IMG/VR virus record: IMGVR_UViG_3300030333_002322
Reading direction: 5' to 3' (one strand)
Length of the DNA: 64,000 nucleotides
From: a virus
This document shows positions 38,147 to 48,786 of this stretch, in pieces. Position 1 is the first letter of the stretch, and the number at the start of each line of letters is the position of its first letter. A model generated the notes under the pieces. It was not told the origin of the DNA. It searched no databases and was given only the letters and a program-made list of their open reading frames with translations. The position numbers and the translations under genes were made by a program.

Positions 38147-38806
38147 TTAGAATTTGGATAATTTGTCTAGAAAATTACTAAAAACAGCTAATTTTTGCTC
38201 TTCTAGCTCCGATCCAGACGCTCGTTTAATAGTATCCTGTGCTACTTCAACGTCTTGTTCAGTCCATCTCCCGTTAACAAAAACCCATTCCTTGTTTTCC
38301 ATGATGCCTTGTACAAAAGCATCAGGAGCACTTGGATCTGCAACAATATCTGCTGCAGTGGCCAGCATAAAATCACCTTGTACTTCATTTATGCCGTTTC
38401 TCTCTTTGAGTGAGCCCAGTCCTCTAGAACTTACGCCTAGCTGAGCACCTTCGCTGATGAGTTCCTTAACAATACGGCCCATTGGTGTATCCATTATCTT
38501 GGCTTTACCAATCCAGTTGTTACCGTCTTCCCTTAAATCTGTAATCATATGAGAAACTCTATCTAAATTAACTGTTGGTCCATCAGGATGTCCTAATTCG
38601 CCATAAGCTCTTTTAGTTTTAACGTTCTCACTTACATAACGCTGCACTTCTCGCTGCATTATTTCTTTAGGGTAAACTCTACCGTTCTTGTTTTTTAAAT
38701 CTGATTGTAAGAAGACGCCTTCAATAAACACATTAGGTTTATTTTTATCTTTTGTCTCCTCTGTGAGGTATTTTATCTCCTCGTTAAATTCTTTAATAAG
38801 TTTCAT
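38147..38806 (-). CDS. gp21: prohead protease gp21
   Basis: GELGHP, GVSSRGLGS, DIVADPSAP. Confidence 0.97.
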   Translation of the reverse strand: MKLIKEFNEEIKYLTEETKDKNKPNVFIEGVFLQSDLKNKNGRVYPKEIMQREVQRYVSENVKTKRAYGELGHPDGPTVNLDRVSHMITDLREDGNNWIGKAKIMDTPMGRIVKELISEGAQLGVSSRGLGSLKERNGINEVQGDFMLATAADIVADPSAPDAFVQGIMENKEWVFVNGRWTEQDVEVAQDTIKRASGSELEEQKLAVFSNFLDKLSKF

Positions 38807-38816
38807 TGTCCTCTCC

Positions 38817-39206
38817 TTATCCTAAGTCGCCGTCGGCACCTTGGTGTTGTTGTGAACCGTATCCAGAAACTTTAGCACAATCTACTATAACAGTTCCGCC
38901 TGCTCCCCCGGCGATTACTACTTCTATATCTGATGTGTTTTCTGAATTGTCGGCAAAACCATACATGTCCAATGAGCCAGACTCCATAAGCTCGTATAAT
39001 ACGACGGAGTTTCTTTGCACCTTGGCGCTAGCGCCACTTGATAATGTCCAATGTAGCCCTTTTATGTTTACTGTTGGGGAGCTTTGCGTTTCAGTTGACT
39101 TCTTTAGTGTAACACTAAGATCAATTGTGCCTGTCGCTGCAGTCCCCCTAACACTAACCACACCCTGGACTTGGGTTAGTTTTAAGTTATTTACTGTGAC
39201 TGCCAT
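38817..39206 (-). CDS. hypothetical protein in the head module
   Basis: ORF with SD between gp20 and gp21. Confidence 0.65.
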   Translation of the reverse strand: MAVTVNNLKLTQVQGVVSVRGTAATGTIDLSVTLKKSTETQSSPTVNIKGLHWTLSSGASAKVQRNSVVLYELMESGSLDMYGFADNSENTSDIEVVIAGGAGGTVIVDCAKVSGYGSQQHQGADGDLG

Positions 39207-39217
39207 TTAATTTTCCT

Positions 39218-39526
39218 TTATTTTGGTAAGTTATATTTTTTCTTTGCTTTATGATTCATATGAGCGTTCTCTTCTAGAACTTCTACGTCAGGATCATTCA
39301 CATCAACTGTTTCTATACCGTGTTCAAACATTACTTTATACCATGAAACGCGTCCAAATTGATCTGGAGCAGCATGTTCACCTATAATAGTTTTACCTTC
39401 TCCAAAACCTTCTTTGAATATCTTACTTGCGCACATGTGTTTATCGCCTTCAAGTGAGCCTTTAGCTACACCATCAACAGGAGATTCGGTAATAACTCCT
39501 GCTCTAAAATCTTCATACGTTTTCAT
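39218..39526 (-). CDS. hypothetical prohead core/internal protein
   Basis: MKTYEDFR N-terminus typical of capsid-targeted proteins; position. Confidence 0.6.
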   Translation of the reverse strand: MKTYEDFRAGVITESPVDGVAKGSLEGDKHMCASKIFKEGFGEGKTIIGEHAAPDQFGRVSWYKVMFEHGIETVDVNDPDVEVLEENAHMNHKAKKKYNLPK

Positions 39527-39833
39527 TTGTTTCTTCCTTATCTACAGGTACACCTGTTTCTAAATTAACATCAACCGGATCAGGTATCTCTCCCATCGGT
39601 TCCTCGTTTGGGGTCAACCCCATTTTATCAAACTCTTCGGGGCTTGCACCATCAGGATTTAAAGTATTTTTAAATATATCCTGTGCCTTTTCCACTCTAG
39701 CTTGATCTAACGCATCGTTAACTCTTTGATTCATTAAATCATTAAAGTTACTTTGAACATCATCTCCATTTTGTTGGATCATGTTGTCTAACATATCTTT
39801 AATTTCCACTTCAGTTTTTTGTTCTTCTGTCAT
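39513..39833 (-). CDS. acidic prohead core protein (gp67-like)
   Basis: acidic, immediately after the portal gene. Confidence 0.6.
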   Translation of the reverse strand: MTEEQKTEVEIKDMLDNMIQQNGDDVQSNFNDLMNQRVNDALDQARVEKAQDIFKNTLNPDGASPEEFDKMGLTPNEEPMGEIPDPVDVNLETGVPVDKEETNENV

Positions 39834-39838
39834 ATTAT

Positions 39839-41422
39839 TTATGCTCCATTATCTGGGCCAGGTTCCGGTACACCTTCTCCTGGCATTCCTTCGGGTCCTT
39901 GAGGTGCTTCCGGTTGGACTGCACTTAATGGACTCCATTGATATTGTCTCTGATACTGTGGTTCTGATAATAGTTCAGTCTCAATAGTATCAATTTCCTC
40001 ATCTGTAAGCATTAAAACATTCTTTTGAATGTAGCGCTTACTAAAAAATGTTCCTATATATGCTGCTAATCCGTTTAATACTTCTACCCTACTTCGTAAA
40101 ATCTCTTGTTCTTTAGATTCTGTATAGTAGGCATCAGTAGCAAATTCATATTCAAGATCGTCTTTAATATCTTCCCAATCTTGTTCTGTTATAACACCTT
40201 TTAGTAAAAGCTGCGTTCTTAAAAGATCGCTTAACAATACTGAGAATTTTCTTCTTAGTTTGATGATGAATTTTGTAAACTTCATCTCATCTCTATTTAT
40301 CTCAGCTGCTCTACCAAAATTTAGTCCAGCCTGTTGTTCTAAACGTGATACAGGAATGTTTAATGCTTGATACAATTTACGTTGAAAATATTCTACGTCT
40401 TCTATTTGCCCCAAGTTTTGACCTGCTGGCAATGTATCAATTTGTGTTCCTGTTCCGCCATCCCTTCTAGGTAACCAGAAGTCTTCCAACATAGACATGA
40501 ACTTCTTATCATCTCGAATTTCGCCTGTGTTGGCATCGTAAACTAATTTATTACGATACCTATCCATTATGTCTTTTAGATATTGTTCTGCCTTTAACTT
40601 TGGCAAGTTACCAACATCAACATAAAAAATTCTTCTCTCTGGAGCTCTAGTAATTCTGTAAATAACTACTGCGTTCTCCATCATCCTTAATTGGTTTGCC
40701 GGCCTAATTGCCTTATGTAGATAAGATAAAGGTATGTTTTTATCGTGATCTACCAAACCGCTACTTGAGTATGCTATTGCATCCTTAGTAATCTTCAATC
40801 CCTGTTGATTCTCAGGGGCTACATACTGTCCAGGTTTTTGAGTTACACCTTTCTCATTATATATAAAAAACTCTTCTACCGATTTAATAAACTGTATGCC
40901 TGAAGGATTCTTTTCCTTCTTAACTTCACGGACTTTCCTAATTTTCCTGGGATCAATAAACCTAATGTCTGTCATCCCTTGTTTAGGATTTTCAAGGTCT
41001 ATAACCTTGTGGAAGAATATACGTCCGTCTATATACCACCTTCTAAAGTAGTCCTGGGCTCTTTCCTTAAAGTCCAGGAGGTTCTTTATTTCTTCAAATT
41101 CTTTTTGGATTGATTTTCTAACTGATGACGATAGTTCTACATCGTCTAAGTTAAGTTCGACGGGAGATTCGTTCTCCAATTGTGCAACAGATTCATTTAT
41201 TATATCTTCTATTGCTGTATCGACATCTGCCATCATGGCAATATCCCGATACCTTTTGATCAACTCTGCTTCGGTTTGTGCGATACCTTCCAAATCCATG
41301 TAGGTACCATAATAACCACCAGCACGAATCGACTCTATTGCACCGTCTTCGGTTGGAGCCACAAACGATTTCTCGCTTTGTGGCTGCTCCTTCCGTTTTA
41401 TTTCAAACCCAAATATATCCAT
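39839..41422 (-). CDS. gp20: portal protein gp20
   Basis: WYIDGR, RAPERRIFYVDVGNLP, MLEDFWLPRR. Confidence 0.98.
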   Translation of the reverse strand: MDIFGFEIKRKEQPQSEKSFVAPTEDGAIESIRAGGYYGTYMDLEGIAQTEAELIKRYRDIAMMADVDTAIEDIINESVAQLENESPVELNLDDVELSSSVRKSIQKEFEEIKNLLDFKERAQDYFRRWYIDGRIFFHKVIDLENPKQGMTDIRFIDPRKIRKVREVKKEKNPSGIQFIKSVEEFFIYNEKGVTQKPGQYVAPENQQGLKITKDAIAYSSSGLVDHDKNIPLSYLHKAIRPANQLRMMENAVVIYRITRAPERRIFYVDVGNLPKLKAEQYLKDIMDRYRNKLVYDANTGEIRDDKKFMSMLEDFWLPRRDGGTGTQIDTLPAGQNLGQIEDVEYFQRKLYQALNIPVSRLEQQAGLNFGRAAEINRDEMKFTKFIIKLRRKFSVLLSDLLRTQLLLKGVITEQDWEDIKDDLEYEFATDAYYTESKEQEILRSRVEVLNGLAAYIGTFFSKRYIQKNVLMLTDEEIDTIETELLSEPQYQRQYQWSPLSAVQPEAPQGPEGMPGEGVPEPGPDNGA

Positions 41423-41475
41423 AATCTTTCTCTACGTTTCTAGCCCTATCATTAGAACTGCCTCCAACGTTAGGC

Positions 41476-41994
41476 TTATATTACTAGATAATGCTGATAC
41501 TGGAATGTAACAGTAAACTCTTCAATGATATCATTCTGTGCAAATTGTAGTGCAATTTCTGATAAGTTAATCGGAAATGCATCTTCCAAAGTGTACGATC
41601 TAATAACATTGTCGTTTCTATCTAAGTGATCCACCGTTAGAGGAACGGTATAGTTTTGCCACTGGATTTCTCCACTGTTGTCTTCTTTCTCGTTCATCAA
41701 TTCCATCCAGTTTTCAATAGCTTTATGGATACTAAAATCTGAATCGTTAACGACTGTAATGGTCCAAGGATCAAAAATCCTTTCACCTGCGAATTTAACT
41801 TCCCTACCTCTGTATTGAATTATTGCTGGATTAACGGTTGATGCCGGTAAAGCCGCTCCAGTTACTAGGAACTCTGACTTACCTTGGTTTACACCACCAG
41901 CTACGCCGGTTGGGTAAGTAAGTTGAACCTTAAACTGATTAGGCCTAGCGCCACCATCGGCTAACGAGCCTTTAAAATCTGTAATGCTTGGCAT
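41476..41994 (-). CDS. gp19: tail tube protein gp19
   Basis: GGARPNQF, AGERIFDPWTITV, IEEFTVTF. Confidence 0.96.
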   Translation of the reverse strand: MPSITDFKGSLADGGARPNQFKVQLTYPTGVAGGVNQGKSEFLVTGAALPASTVNPAIIQYRGREVKFAGERIFDPWTITVVNDSDFSIHKAIENWMELMNEKEDNSGEIQWQNYTVPLTVDHLDRNDNVIRSYTLEDAFPINLSEIALQFAQNDIIEEFTVTFQYQHYLVI

Positions 41995-42014
41995 TGTGTT
42001 CTCCTATTTCCTTT

Positions 42015-42022
42015 TATTTATA
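42015..42022 (-). promoter_or_regulatory. late promoter for gp19
   Basis: TATAAATA. Confidence 0.8.
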
Positions 42023-42024
42023 AG

Positions 42025-43938
42025 TTAACCACCGATCTCATCAAAAGATACGCCAGTTCTTGTTGCAATAAAGTTCAATTGAATGAAGTTAATAGCTCTT
42101 GCCGGTTTAATGAAAATGTCTGCAACAAATTCATTAGCGTCAATTACTTGACCTGTGTTGTTGCTTTCATTACATACAACCTTAAAGTCGTATATACCTC
42201 TACGTCCTTGAACTGTTCTTAAAAATGGTGTTACCATTGAAACAAATTGAGCCCTTGTAAAAGCATCATTGAATTCGAACAGTTGATATTTAGCTGCTGT
42301 AGAAATAGCCTTCTCTAATACAATAAACAACCTTCTAACGTTGATTCTATCAAACGCACTTGGTTGTCCTAATAGAGTTCTATCTCCAAACAGTACGACA
42401 CCGTTTCCTGGTGAATTAATAATTGGGTTTACACCAATTTTATATAATTCATCTCTTTGAGCTTTTGTCGGGTCCCACGCTAATTTAACAGCGTTTCTTA
42501 GTAACCCTCTGTTGAAACCTGCTGGTGACCACCAAGCGTCGTTAGTTCTATCTGTCTCTGCACATAGTCCTGCAACGTCGCCATTACATGGTACCCATCT
42601 ATATACGTCATTATATCTGTCGTACATATATTTCCAGTTTCCGTCCAGTACACAATAACTTGAAGATCTATTAGCTCCTTTATCAGTAGTAATACTTGTT
42701 ACTTCTGAACCAGAGTTATTAACTACAGAAGCTTTCTGTGGTGAACTAAATGATACACAGTCTTTTCTACCGTATGCCACATTGTCCTGTACCCACTTAA
42801 TATCTGAGTTACCTAGACCAGCAGTCATTAGCAAATTAACGTCTACAGTTTCTGAGTCTTGGAAAAGAGCCCATCCTGTTTGATAATCTGCACTATCAGG
42901 ATTGTCTGATACTCCACCTGTTAGTGAAACAGTAGATTCTGCTGAAGTGTGTGCTGATGTGAATGTTGTACCAACACCGGTTGTACCCCATGTGGAGTCG
43001 CCAGCTGGATGATCCATCCATCTGATGTAATCGGATTGGTTATTAATAATGTCTTTGTAGTAAATTGAACCACCGTCAATACCTTTAGCGTCTGATGCCT
43101 TAGAAACATTTGGGAATCTTTCTAAAACTGTATTTGCTACGCCTGTGAATAAGCCGTCTTCGTCAATTACTATAATATGTAGCTCGTCTAAACTTCCGCC
43201 TGCAACTCCGACATTAAGTGAAGTTTTAGGTGCGGCATCAAAATTGTCTGCGTAAGCCCAACCACTTGCTGTTAGTGTCGCTGTAGCTGTAGCGCCAGAG
43301 CCGTCTCCACTAATAGTAATTGTAGGTGCTGATGAATAACCAGAACCACTATTTGTAATAGTGATAGCTGTTACTGCACCGCCACCAACTGTTGCAGTAC
43401 CTGTTGCTGTTACTCCAGATCCGCCCGGAGCTGAAAATGCTACAGTTGCTGATGTATAACCAGTACCGCCTGCTGTTATTGTTGTGCTTGCTACGGAATC
43501 AGTATCATAATCTGTAGAGTCTGCAAATGAAACTTTAAGTGAATTACCTAAAGCTCCAGGATATTTAGCAGCCCACATACCTACTGAACCTTCACCTGAA
43601 CCATAATTATTATCATAGTGAGTGTCGTTTTTAATGATTACAGCTGTTCCGCTTGATACAGCGTTTTTAGCAGTAGTATCGTCTACGACCCTGACTAATT
43701 TCAGACTGTTTGCATACGCCAAAAAGGATGCTGCTGTGAAAAAGTCCGTTGCAGTATCGTTATTTGGCTCAAAAAAGTTATCAACGAGATTGTTCTCTGA
43801 ACTTACTAGGGTGATTTCCTCAACCGGTCCCCATTGGAAGTTTCCTACAAGCGCTCCTACTGAAGTAGCGACTGCAGGTACAACACTGGTTAGGTCCTTC
43901 TCGGTTGTGTTTACACCTGGTGATAGCTGAAATGCCAT
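42025..43938 (-). CDS. gp18: tail sheath protein gp18
   Basis: SPGV..E.D, WWSPAGFNRG, RINVRRLF, KPARAINFI. Confidence 0.98.
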   Translation of the reverse strand: MAFQLSPGVNTTEKDLTSVVPAVATSVGALVGNFQWGPVEEITLVSSENNLVDNFFEPNNDTATDFFTAASFLAYANSLKLVRVVDDTTAKNAVSSGTAVIIKNDTHYDNNYGSGEGSVGMWAAKYPGALGNSLKVSFADSTDYDTDSVASTTITAGGTGYTSATVAFSAPGGSGVTATGTATVGGGAVTAITITNSGSGYSSAPTITISGDGSGATATATLTASGWAYADNFDAAPKTSLNVGVAGGSLDELHIIVIDEDGLFTGVANTVLERFPNVSKASDAKGIDGGSIYYKDIINNQSDYIRWMDHPAGDSTWGTTGVGTTFTSAHTSAESTVSLTGGVSDNPDSADYQTGWALFQDSETVDVNLLMTAGLGNSDIKWVQDNVAYGRKDCVSFSSPQKASVVNNSGSEVTSITTDKGANRSSSYCVLDGNWKYMYDRYNDVYRWVPCNGDVAGLCAETDRTNDAWWSPAGFNRGLLRNAVKLAWDPTKAQRDELYKIGVNPIINSPGNGVVLFGDRTLLGQPSAFDRINVRRLFIVLEKAISTAAKYQLFEFNDAFTRAQFVSMVTPFLRTVQGRRGIYDFKVVCNESNNTGQVIDANEFVADIFIKPARAINFIQLNFIATRTGVSFDEIGG

Positions 43939-43998
43939 GAGTTTCTCCTTGTTTAATTTATTTTATGAATGACACAGTTTAAATTTTATCATCGCAAC

Positions 43999-44006
43999 TA
44001 TTTATA
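43999..44006 (-). promoter_or_regulatory. late promoter for gp18
   Basis: TATAAATA. Confidence 0.8.
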
Positions 44007-44054
44007 CATATAGGTAATTACACCTTCATTTTTGTATATACTACTGTATATACG

Positions 44055-45713
44055 TTAAGAATTAATTAGATTCTTAAGTTTCTTTTGTAGATTGGTTGGG
44101 TGGTATTCATCTTCTAGTAACCAAACATCGTTTCCTAGTACTTCAAACTCTGGTTCATGTCCATCGTTTCGTATAAATGGTGTAAGGTTACTTTCAATAT
44201 CACCCATTTGTTGTTTGTATAACCCTTCTCTTGTATTTATATCTGTCATATCCTTGAAAAAGGCCTGTGTTGTTAACCAACCAAACAACACCATACACAT
44301 AACTAAATCATCATGATACCCTTCATCTGCCTGATATGTATTACCCTTTTCAGTAAATGTAGATATTTCATGTATGATATGCTCATCAAAACATAATAAT
44401 TTCTGTTCTTCCATTAAAGACTTAAAGGCAAAACACCCTTGTCTTTTAACTTGTTTAGATGTTGTAACACCCATTTTAGTCTTTTTACCAAAACCAGGTG
44501 ATATAAATTGTCTATTTTGTTCTTGTACTGCACTTAATATGTTCTCATATTCTATTTCTTGGTGTAGTATTTCAACTACCTGTTGTCCTATATCATTTAC
44601 TTCTACTAATACAAAGGCATCATTATAGTCTTTACCCACTTTACCTATTATATCAGGGTATAACATGGGTGCTATTTGATTATCTCTATACTTTGCCACT
44701 ATTCTATATGGCATTTCTGTTATATCTGCTACTACAAATGCTGAATAATCACCACCTATGCCTCTAGATGTGTCTACTGTAATAGCGTAAAAGTGATTAT
44801 CTTGTGGTTCTTCATATATATCTAACCCTGCTTTACTGTATAATGGGGTCTTTGTAGAAAGTCTTTGTATAGTTTGTGCATTAATTAATGTATTAGTTGA
44901 ACCTAGGAACTCACACATAACCTCCTGGTTAAACTTAACATCACCAAGTAATTGTTTCTGTTCTTCTAACCACTTTTCATCTCTTCCTGGTATCTCATAG
45001 TAAGGTATAAACATGTTTTCAAAACCGTTTACTCCTTCTACAGATTCATTCCAGAATTTCCAGAAGTGATTGTATCCTAGTGGTGTAGATGTAAGTAGAA
45101 TTTTAGTTGTTTCACCAGCAGAAATAGTAGGATAAACGGAAGTAAAGAACTCATCTGCTATATTGTTAGGTATAATAGCTGCCTCATCAATATATAGCCA
45201 GTTAACTGATTTACCCCTGATGGCAGCTGCTGTTGTTGCTGCTGTTAATACTTTACTATTGTTTTCTAGTTCTACGTCACCCTTGTTCCATGTCTTAACA
45301 CCTTGTTGCATCCATATAGGTAAGTTTTCAAACATTATTTGATATCTGTTTAATACTTCTCTTGCTGCTGAGGATTTGTTAGCCATTATAGCTACTGTTT
45401 TATCTTCTTGGAAAATAGTATAATGAAGAATACATGCTGCTGAGGTAACTGTTTTACCTTGCTGTCGTCCTTCCATAAGTACGACACGTCTATTATTCAT
45501 TATACATTCTACCTTTTTCTTTTGGCAGTCATATAGTTTAAAAGGTTGCAGGCCTTTATCCAATGTAATAATTTTTACATAGTTTTCTATAAAGTATATC
45601 GGGTCTTCTTTACACTTAACATATTCTTTGATTTCTTCTTCAGAGAAATCATGTTGATATGCAAGTGGTTTAAGATTTGGATTCCCGTGATAACTGTTGT
45701 TTTCTTGTGTCAT
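44055..45713 (-). CDS. gp17: terminase large subunit gp17
   Basis: GRQQGKT, YIDEAA, STPLG, VDTSRG, HDDLVM. Confidence 0.98.
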   Translation of the reverse strand: MTQENNSYHGNPNLKPLAYQHDFSEEEIKEYVKCKEDPIYFIENYVKIITLDKGLQPFKLYDCQKKKVECIMNNRRVVLMEGRQQGKTVTSAACILHYTIFQEDKTVAIMANKSSAAREVLNRYQIMFENLPIWMQQGVKTWNKGDVELENNSKVLTAATTAAAIRGKSVNWLYIDEAAIIPNNIADEFFTSVYPTISAGETTKILLTSTPLGYNHFWKFWNESVEGVNGFENMFIPYYEIPGRDEKWLEEQKQLLGDVKFNQEVMCEFLGSTNTLINAQTIQRLSTKTPLYSKAGLDIYEEPQDNHFYAITVDTSRGIGGDYSAFVVADITEMPYRIVAKYRDNQIAPMLYPDIIGKVGKDYNDAFVLVEVNDIGQQVVEILHQEIEYENILSAVQEQNRQFISPGFGKKTKMGVTTSKQVKRQGCFAFKSLMEEQKLLCFDEHIIHEISTFTEKGNTYQADEGYHDDLVMCMVLFGWLTTQAFFKDMTDINTREGLYKQQMGDIESNLTPFIRNDGHEPEFEVLGNDVWLLEDEYHPTNLQKKLKNLINS

Positions 45714-46294
45714 TCTTTTTCTTCGTTACTCTCTTGGCTCCCATCAGTGTAAACACTTTCTGATGCCTGCCTGATTTCATGATTTTGTGGAATCTCGTCT
45801 TCTTGATTCGCTTCAACATCAATTACATTCTCCTCATTTTTCAATGCTTTTAATAAATCTTTTGTACTGCCTACAAATAGATTATTCTGTGTTTGTACTT
45901 TTCTTGCTTTAGGATCTTCGGCAGTAATTCTTTTATGCTTTTCATGTACGTCTAACATGTCTTTTGCTGTATCCTGCAAGTTCTTTATTAATCCGCCAGC
46001 CACTTCATATGCACGTGGTTGGTCAGAGTTCCTTGCTATGTGCAATATACCTTGTATTGCCTCATCATTGTATGCTTCTGCCTGTTTCAATATTGATCTA
46101 GCATATTCTAAATCGTCTTGCTCGTTTTTTCTATTTAACGAGTCTTGATCTTCCTTAGATATTGTAACGGCAGGCAATTCTTTATCCTCTTTTGTCTTTC
46201 GCAAATTACTTTCTAATGCTTTTGTTACTTCCTTTGTATTAAACTTTTTATCTAAGTCTTCAAAAGGATTTTTAGTCTTCCCATCCTTCATCAA
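45710..46294 (-). CDS. gp16: terminase small subunit gp16
   Basis: DLEYAR, PRAYEVAG, NNLFVGST. Confidence 0.93.
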   Translation of the reverse strand: MMKDGKTKNPFEDLDKKFNTKEVTKALESNLRKTKEDKELPAVTISKEDQDSLNRKNEQDDLEYARSILKQAEAYNDEAIQGILHIARNSDQPRAYEVAGGLIKNLQDTAKDMLDVHEKHKRITAEDPKARKVQTQNNLFVGSTKDLLKALKNEENVIDVEANQEDEIPQNHEIRQASESVYTDGSQESNEEKE

Positions 46295-47063
46295 ATTCCT
46301 CCAAGAATGTATATGTATCTAATACCGTTGCTGTAACAGGATTAACAGATGTTGAAACTCTAACTCTGTTTGTTTTATCTGTTGTACTTAAATTTAAGTT
46401 CGGATCGTTATATACTTGTGCAATCGATTTCTTAATAACATCAACGTTAGACACTTTGCCATAAAAATTTAACCTCATTGTAAAATTGAGAGTCCAAACA
46501 ACGCTAAGTCTATTTGTGTACTCTCCCTCATATGAATCCTCATAAACTACATTATCTAATGTTATTTTAATATCTCTTTTAATACCTAACTCTGGCAAAT
46601 CATTAACTGTAACATTAAAATCAGGATTAAAGAACGGTAAAATCTGTTCTATAATCTGTAAACCATCGTCTTGATTCTTCGCAAATATATATAAGGCCAT
46701 ATTCATGTTATATGGCACTGAACTAAATGTCATCCTTACGGTATTAGTATCATCACCACTACCTATCGCTTTGTTCTTTTGTATGGCAGTAGTTTTTCTT
46801 CCTGGATCATATTGTAAACCTTCAATCTCAAATCCCATTCTAGGTAGGGAAATTGCTACTTGGCCTCTTGTATCTGTGCCTGTAACTCTAGCAATTCTTG
46901 TCATGAATTTTTGTTTAGTGGAATAAGATAATGGCACTTTCATAGCTTGTGCTACTGCACCAGAACTATTTTTCCTTTCAATTTGTATATCATTGAATAT
47001 AGTCCCGAAGGCAATAACTGCCTTTCTTATATGATTGTGGTAAAACGTTGCGTCTTTAAACAC
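46272..47063 (-). CDS. gp15: tail sheath stabiliser gp15
   Basis: FGTIFNDI, LPRMGFE, QIIEQILPFF. Confidence 0.95.
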   Translation of the reverse strand: MFKDATFYHNHIRKAVIAFGTIFNDIQIERKNSSGAVAQAMKVPLSYSTKQKFMTRIARVTGTDTRGQVAISLPRMGFEIEGLQYDPGRKTTAIQKNKAIGSGDDTNTVRMTFSSVPYNMNMALYIFAKNQDDGLQIIEQILPFFNPDFNVTVNDLPELGIKRDIKITLDNVVYEDSYEGEYTNRLSVVWTLNFTMRLNFYGKVSNVDVIKKSIAQVYNDPNLNLSTTDKTNRVRVSTSVNPVTATVLDTYTFLEEFDEGWED

Positions 47064-47802
47064 TTATCTCTCCAAATGGATTTTTCTCACTAAAGTCTAA
47101 TATACCTTCAATAGTAGCTAAGTTATCAAAATCATAATTGTCAACTGGTTCCATTTTGTTAGTTGTATATGATTCATTAATAAGTGAGCCACTATCTTCT
47201 TTTAATATTAATGTTCCATCTTCTTGTAGTAATTGGAACTCTAATAAATCTTGTGAATAAGATGTCTCTATTGCATCTATTTCCGCTACTCCTGTATCCA
47301 AATCTTCTGAACTGTATTCGAATAAATCTGCTTCTAATCTAAATACATAAATTTGGTTTAACTGATAGAAAGGATTTTGGAATTCTACATATCTTATCTG
47401 AAATAATGATTTTGTTTTTGCTAAATATATTAAGTCACCTTCTGAAGGTCTTAATTGTTGGGTAAAGGTTCCACCACTTGTAGACACCATGTCTTCCCAA
47501 CGTCTTTTAGCAAGAACAAAAGTTGCTCTATCTCTAACTTCCAATCCAAACCTAGTAAATAGATCTCCTTCACCTTCATATCCTTGTACATTATCTAAGT
47601 ACATTTCTATAGGATATGCTTGTGTAAACGAAGATAGTTGATCTTCGTCAAATATTGTATCTTTGTTTACTATTGTTCTTGGAAGGTAATAACAATCATG
47701 GCCATAAATTTTTAAACTTTCAATTATAAGGTCTTCAATTAACCTTTGTTCGTTTGTTGTGCCTTGACCGTCACCTTTTTGGAAGTAAAAATTCGTTGGC
47801 AT
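47056..47802 (-). CDS. gp14: neck protein gp14
   Basis: IESLKIYG..YYLPR, RPSEGDLIY, PFYQL, NPFGE. Confidence 0.95.
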   Translation of the reverse strand: MPTNFYFQKGDGQGTTNEQRLIEDLIIESLKIYGHDCYYLPRTIVNKDTIFDEDQLSSFTQAYPIEMYLDNVQGYEGEGDLFTRFGLEVRDRATFVLAKRRWEDMVSTSGGTFTQQLRPSEGDLIYLAKTKSLFQIRYVEFQNPFYQLNQIYVFRLEADLFEYSSEDLDTGVAEIDAIETSYSQDLLEFQLLQEDGTLILKEDSGSLINESYTTNKMEPVDNYDFDNLATIEGILDFSEKNPFGEISV

Positions 47803-47806
47803 CTCA

Positions 47807-48778
47807 CTATCCTATCATAAACGATGGAGGCAGTTCGTAATTTTTCTGCATCTCTTCTTCTATATTTATTATCTCCTGTGCTGCCTCTTGATATATTTCT
47901 AAACCGTTTAATGTTACGCCTCCTGGCATTTGAATTCCATTAAACTTTTTCATATTTTCACCCCATTGCCTTTTAATTAAAGCAGTGGCATATTTTTTAA
48001 GGAACATGTCATCATAAACTTCTGTATATGTTGCTGGATCTAATATAGCCATTGCTTCTGCAACTATATAATCACCTACATTGTAAGTTTTATCCCAGTC
48101 AGTATCAATATAAAGTTTATCTGTTTTTCTGTTCCAACGGATTTGTCTTTCTCCAGCAAGGAGTTTTTCTAATGTTGTTAAATGAGATTGTACCACAGAG
48201 TAATAAATCATATCTGCACCCATTAAATTGTACAAATCGTTCATTCTAAATTGATACATTAAATCAAATAATTGACCATCTCTTGTATTGTTTGTTGCTG
48301 CTCCACCAAAATTAAATACTCTGGTTATACCTAATATATTATTACTAACAGGTATATATCCTTTTTCTATATCACCTTCTGTGTAGTGATCTGTTGCATG
48401 TAGTGTTCCAGTTGTTCCTGTTTCAGAACCTGTTATTTGTTCACTTGCTTGGAATGTTCCTGACTTAACTTGTTCTATTGTAATAAACTGACCTGATACA
48501 GAATCTACAAGAGCAGTTGCTCCTGATGTAGCACCTGTTACAGTTTCATTCTTTTGAAATGATTCTGCAATATTAGTTGTAAGTTTTAATTTTGAACCAA
48601 CTATTTGGTGTTTGACATAAGTTCTTTCTACACCATCAAAGTGGTATTCGTTCCAAAACTGTAAAGCATCATCTATTCTGTCTGATACTTGTTGCTCATC
48701 GACATTTATATCAATTACAGGAGCACCTAGTCTCCTTAAACAATATTCAGTTAAATCTGTTCTACTAGCTAATGCCAT
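47807..48778 (-). CDS. gp13: neck protein gp13 with an internal insertion
   Basis: YCLRRLGAPVI, KRQWGENM.KF, PGGVTLNG. Confidence 0.95.
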   Translation of the reverse strand: MALASRTDLTEYCLRRLGAPVIDINVDEQQVSDRIDDALQFWNEYHFDGVERTYVKHQIVGSKLKLTTNIAESFQKNETVTGATSGATALVDSVSGQFITIEQVKSGTFQASEQITGSETGTTGTLHATDHYTEGDIEKGYIPVSNNILGITRVFNFGGAATNNTRDGQLFDLMYQFRMNDLYNLMGADMIYYSVVQSHLTTLEKLLAGERQIRWNRKTDKLYIDTDWDKTYNVGDYIVAEAMAILDPATYTEVYDDMFLKKYATALIKRQWGENMKKFNGIQMPGGVTLNGLEIYQEAAQEIINIEEEMQKNYELPPSFMIG

Positions 48779-48786
48779 GTTTACTC

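Noticed and set aside
31168-44241. TATAAATA octamers inside uvsW (31168) and gp17 (44234)
   Set aside because: Intragenic, and chance hits are expected in AT-rich DNA
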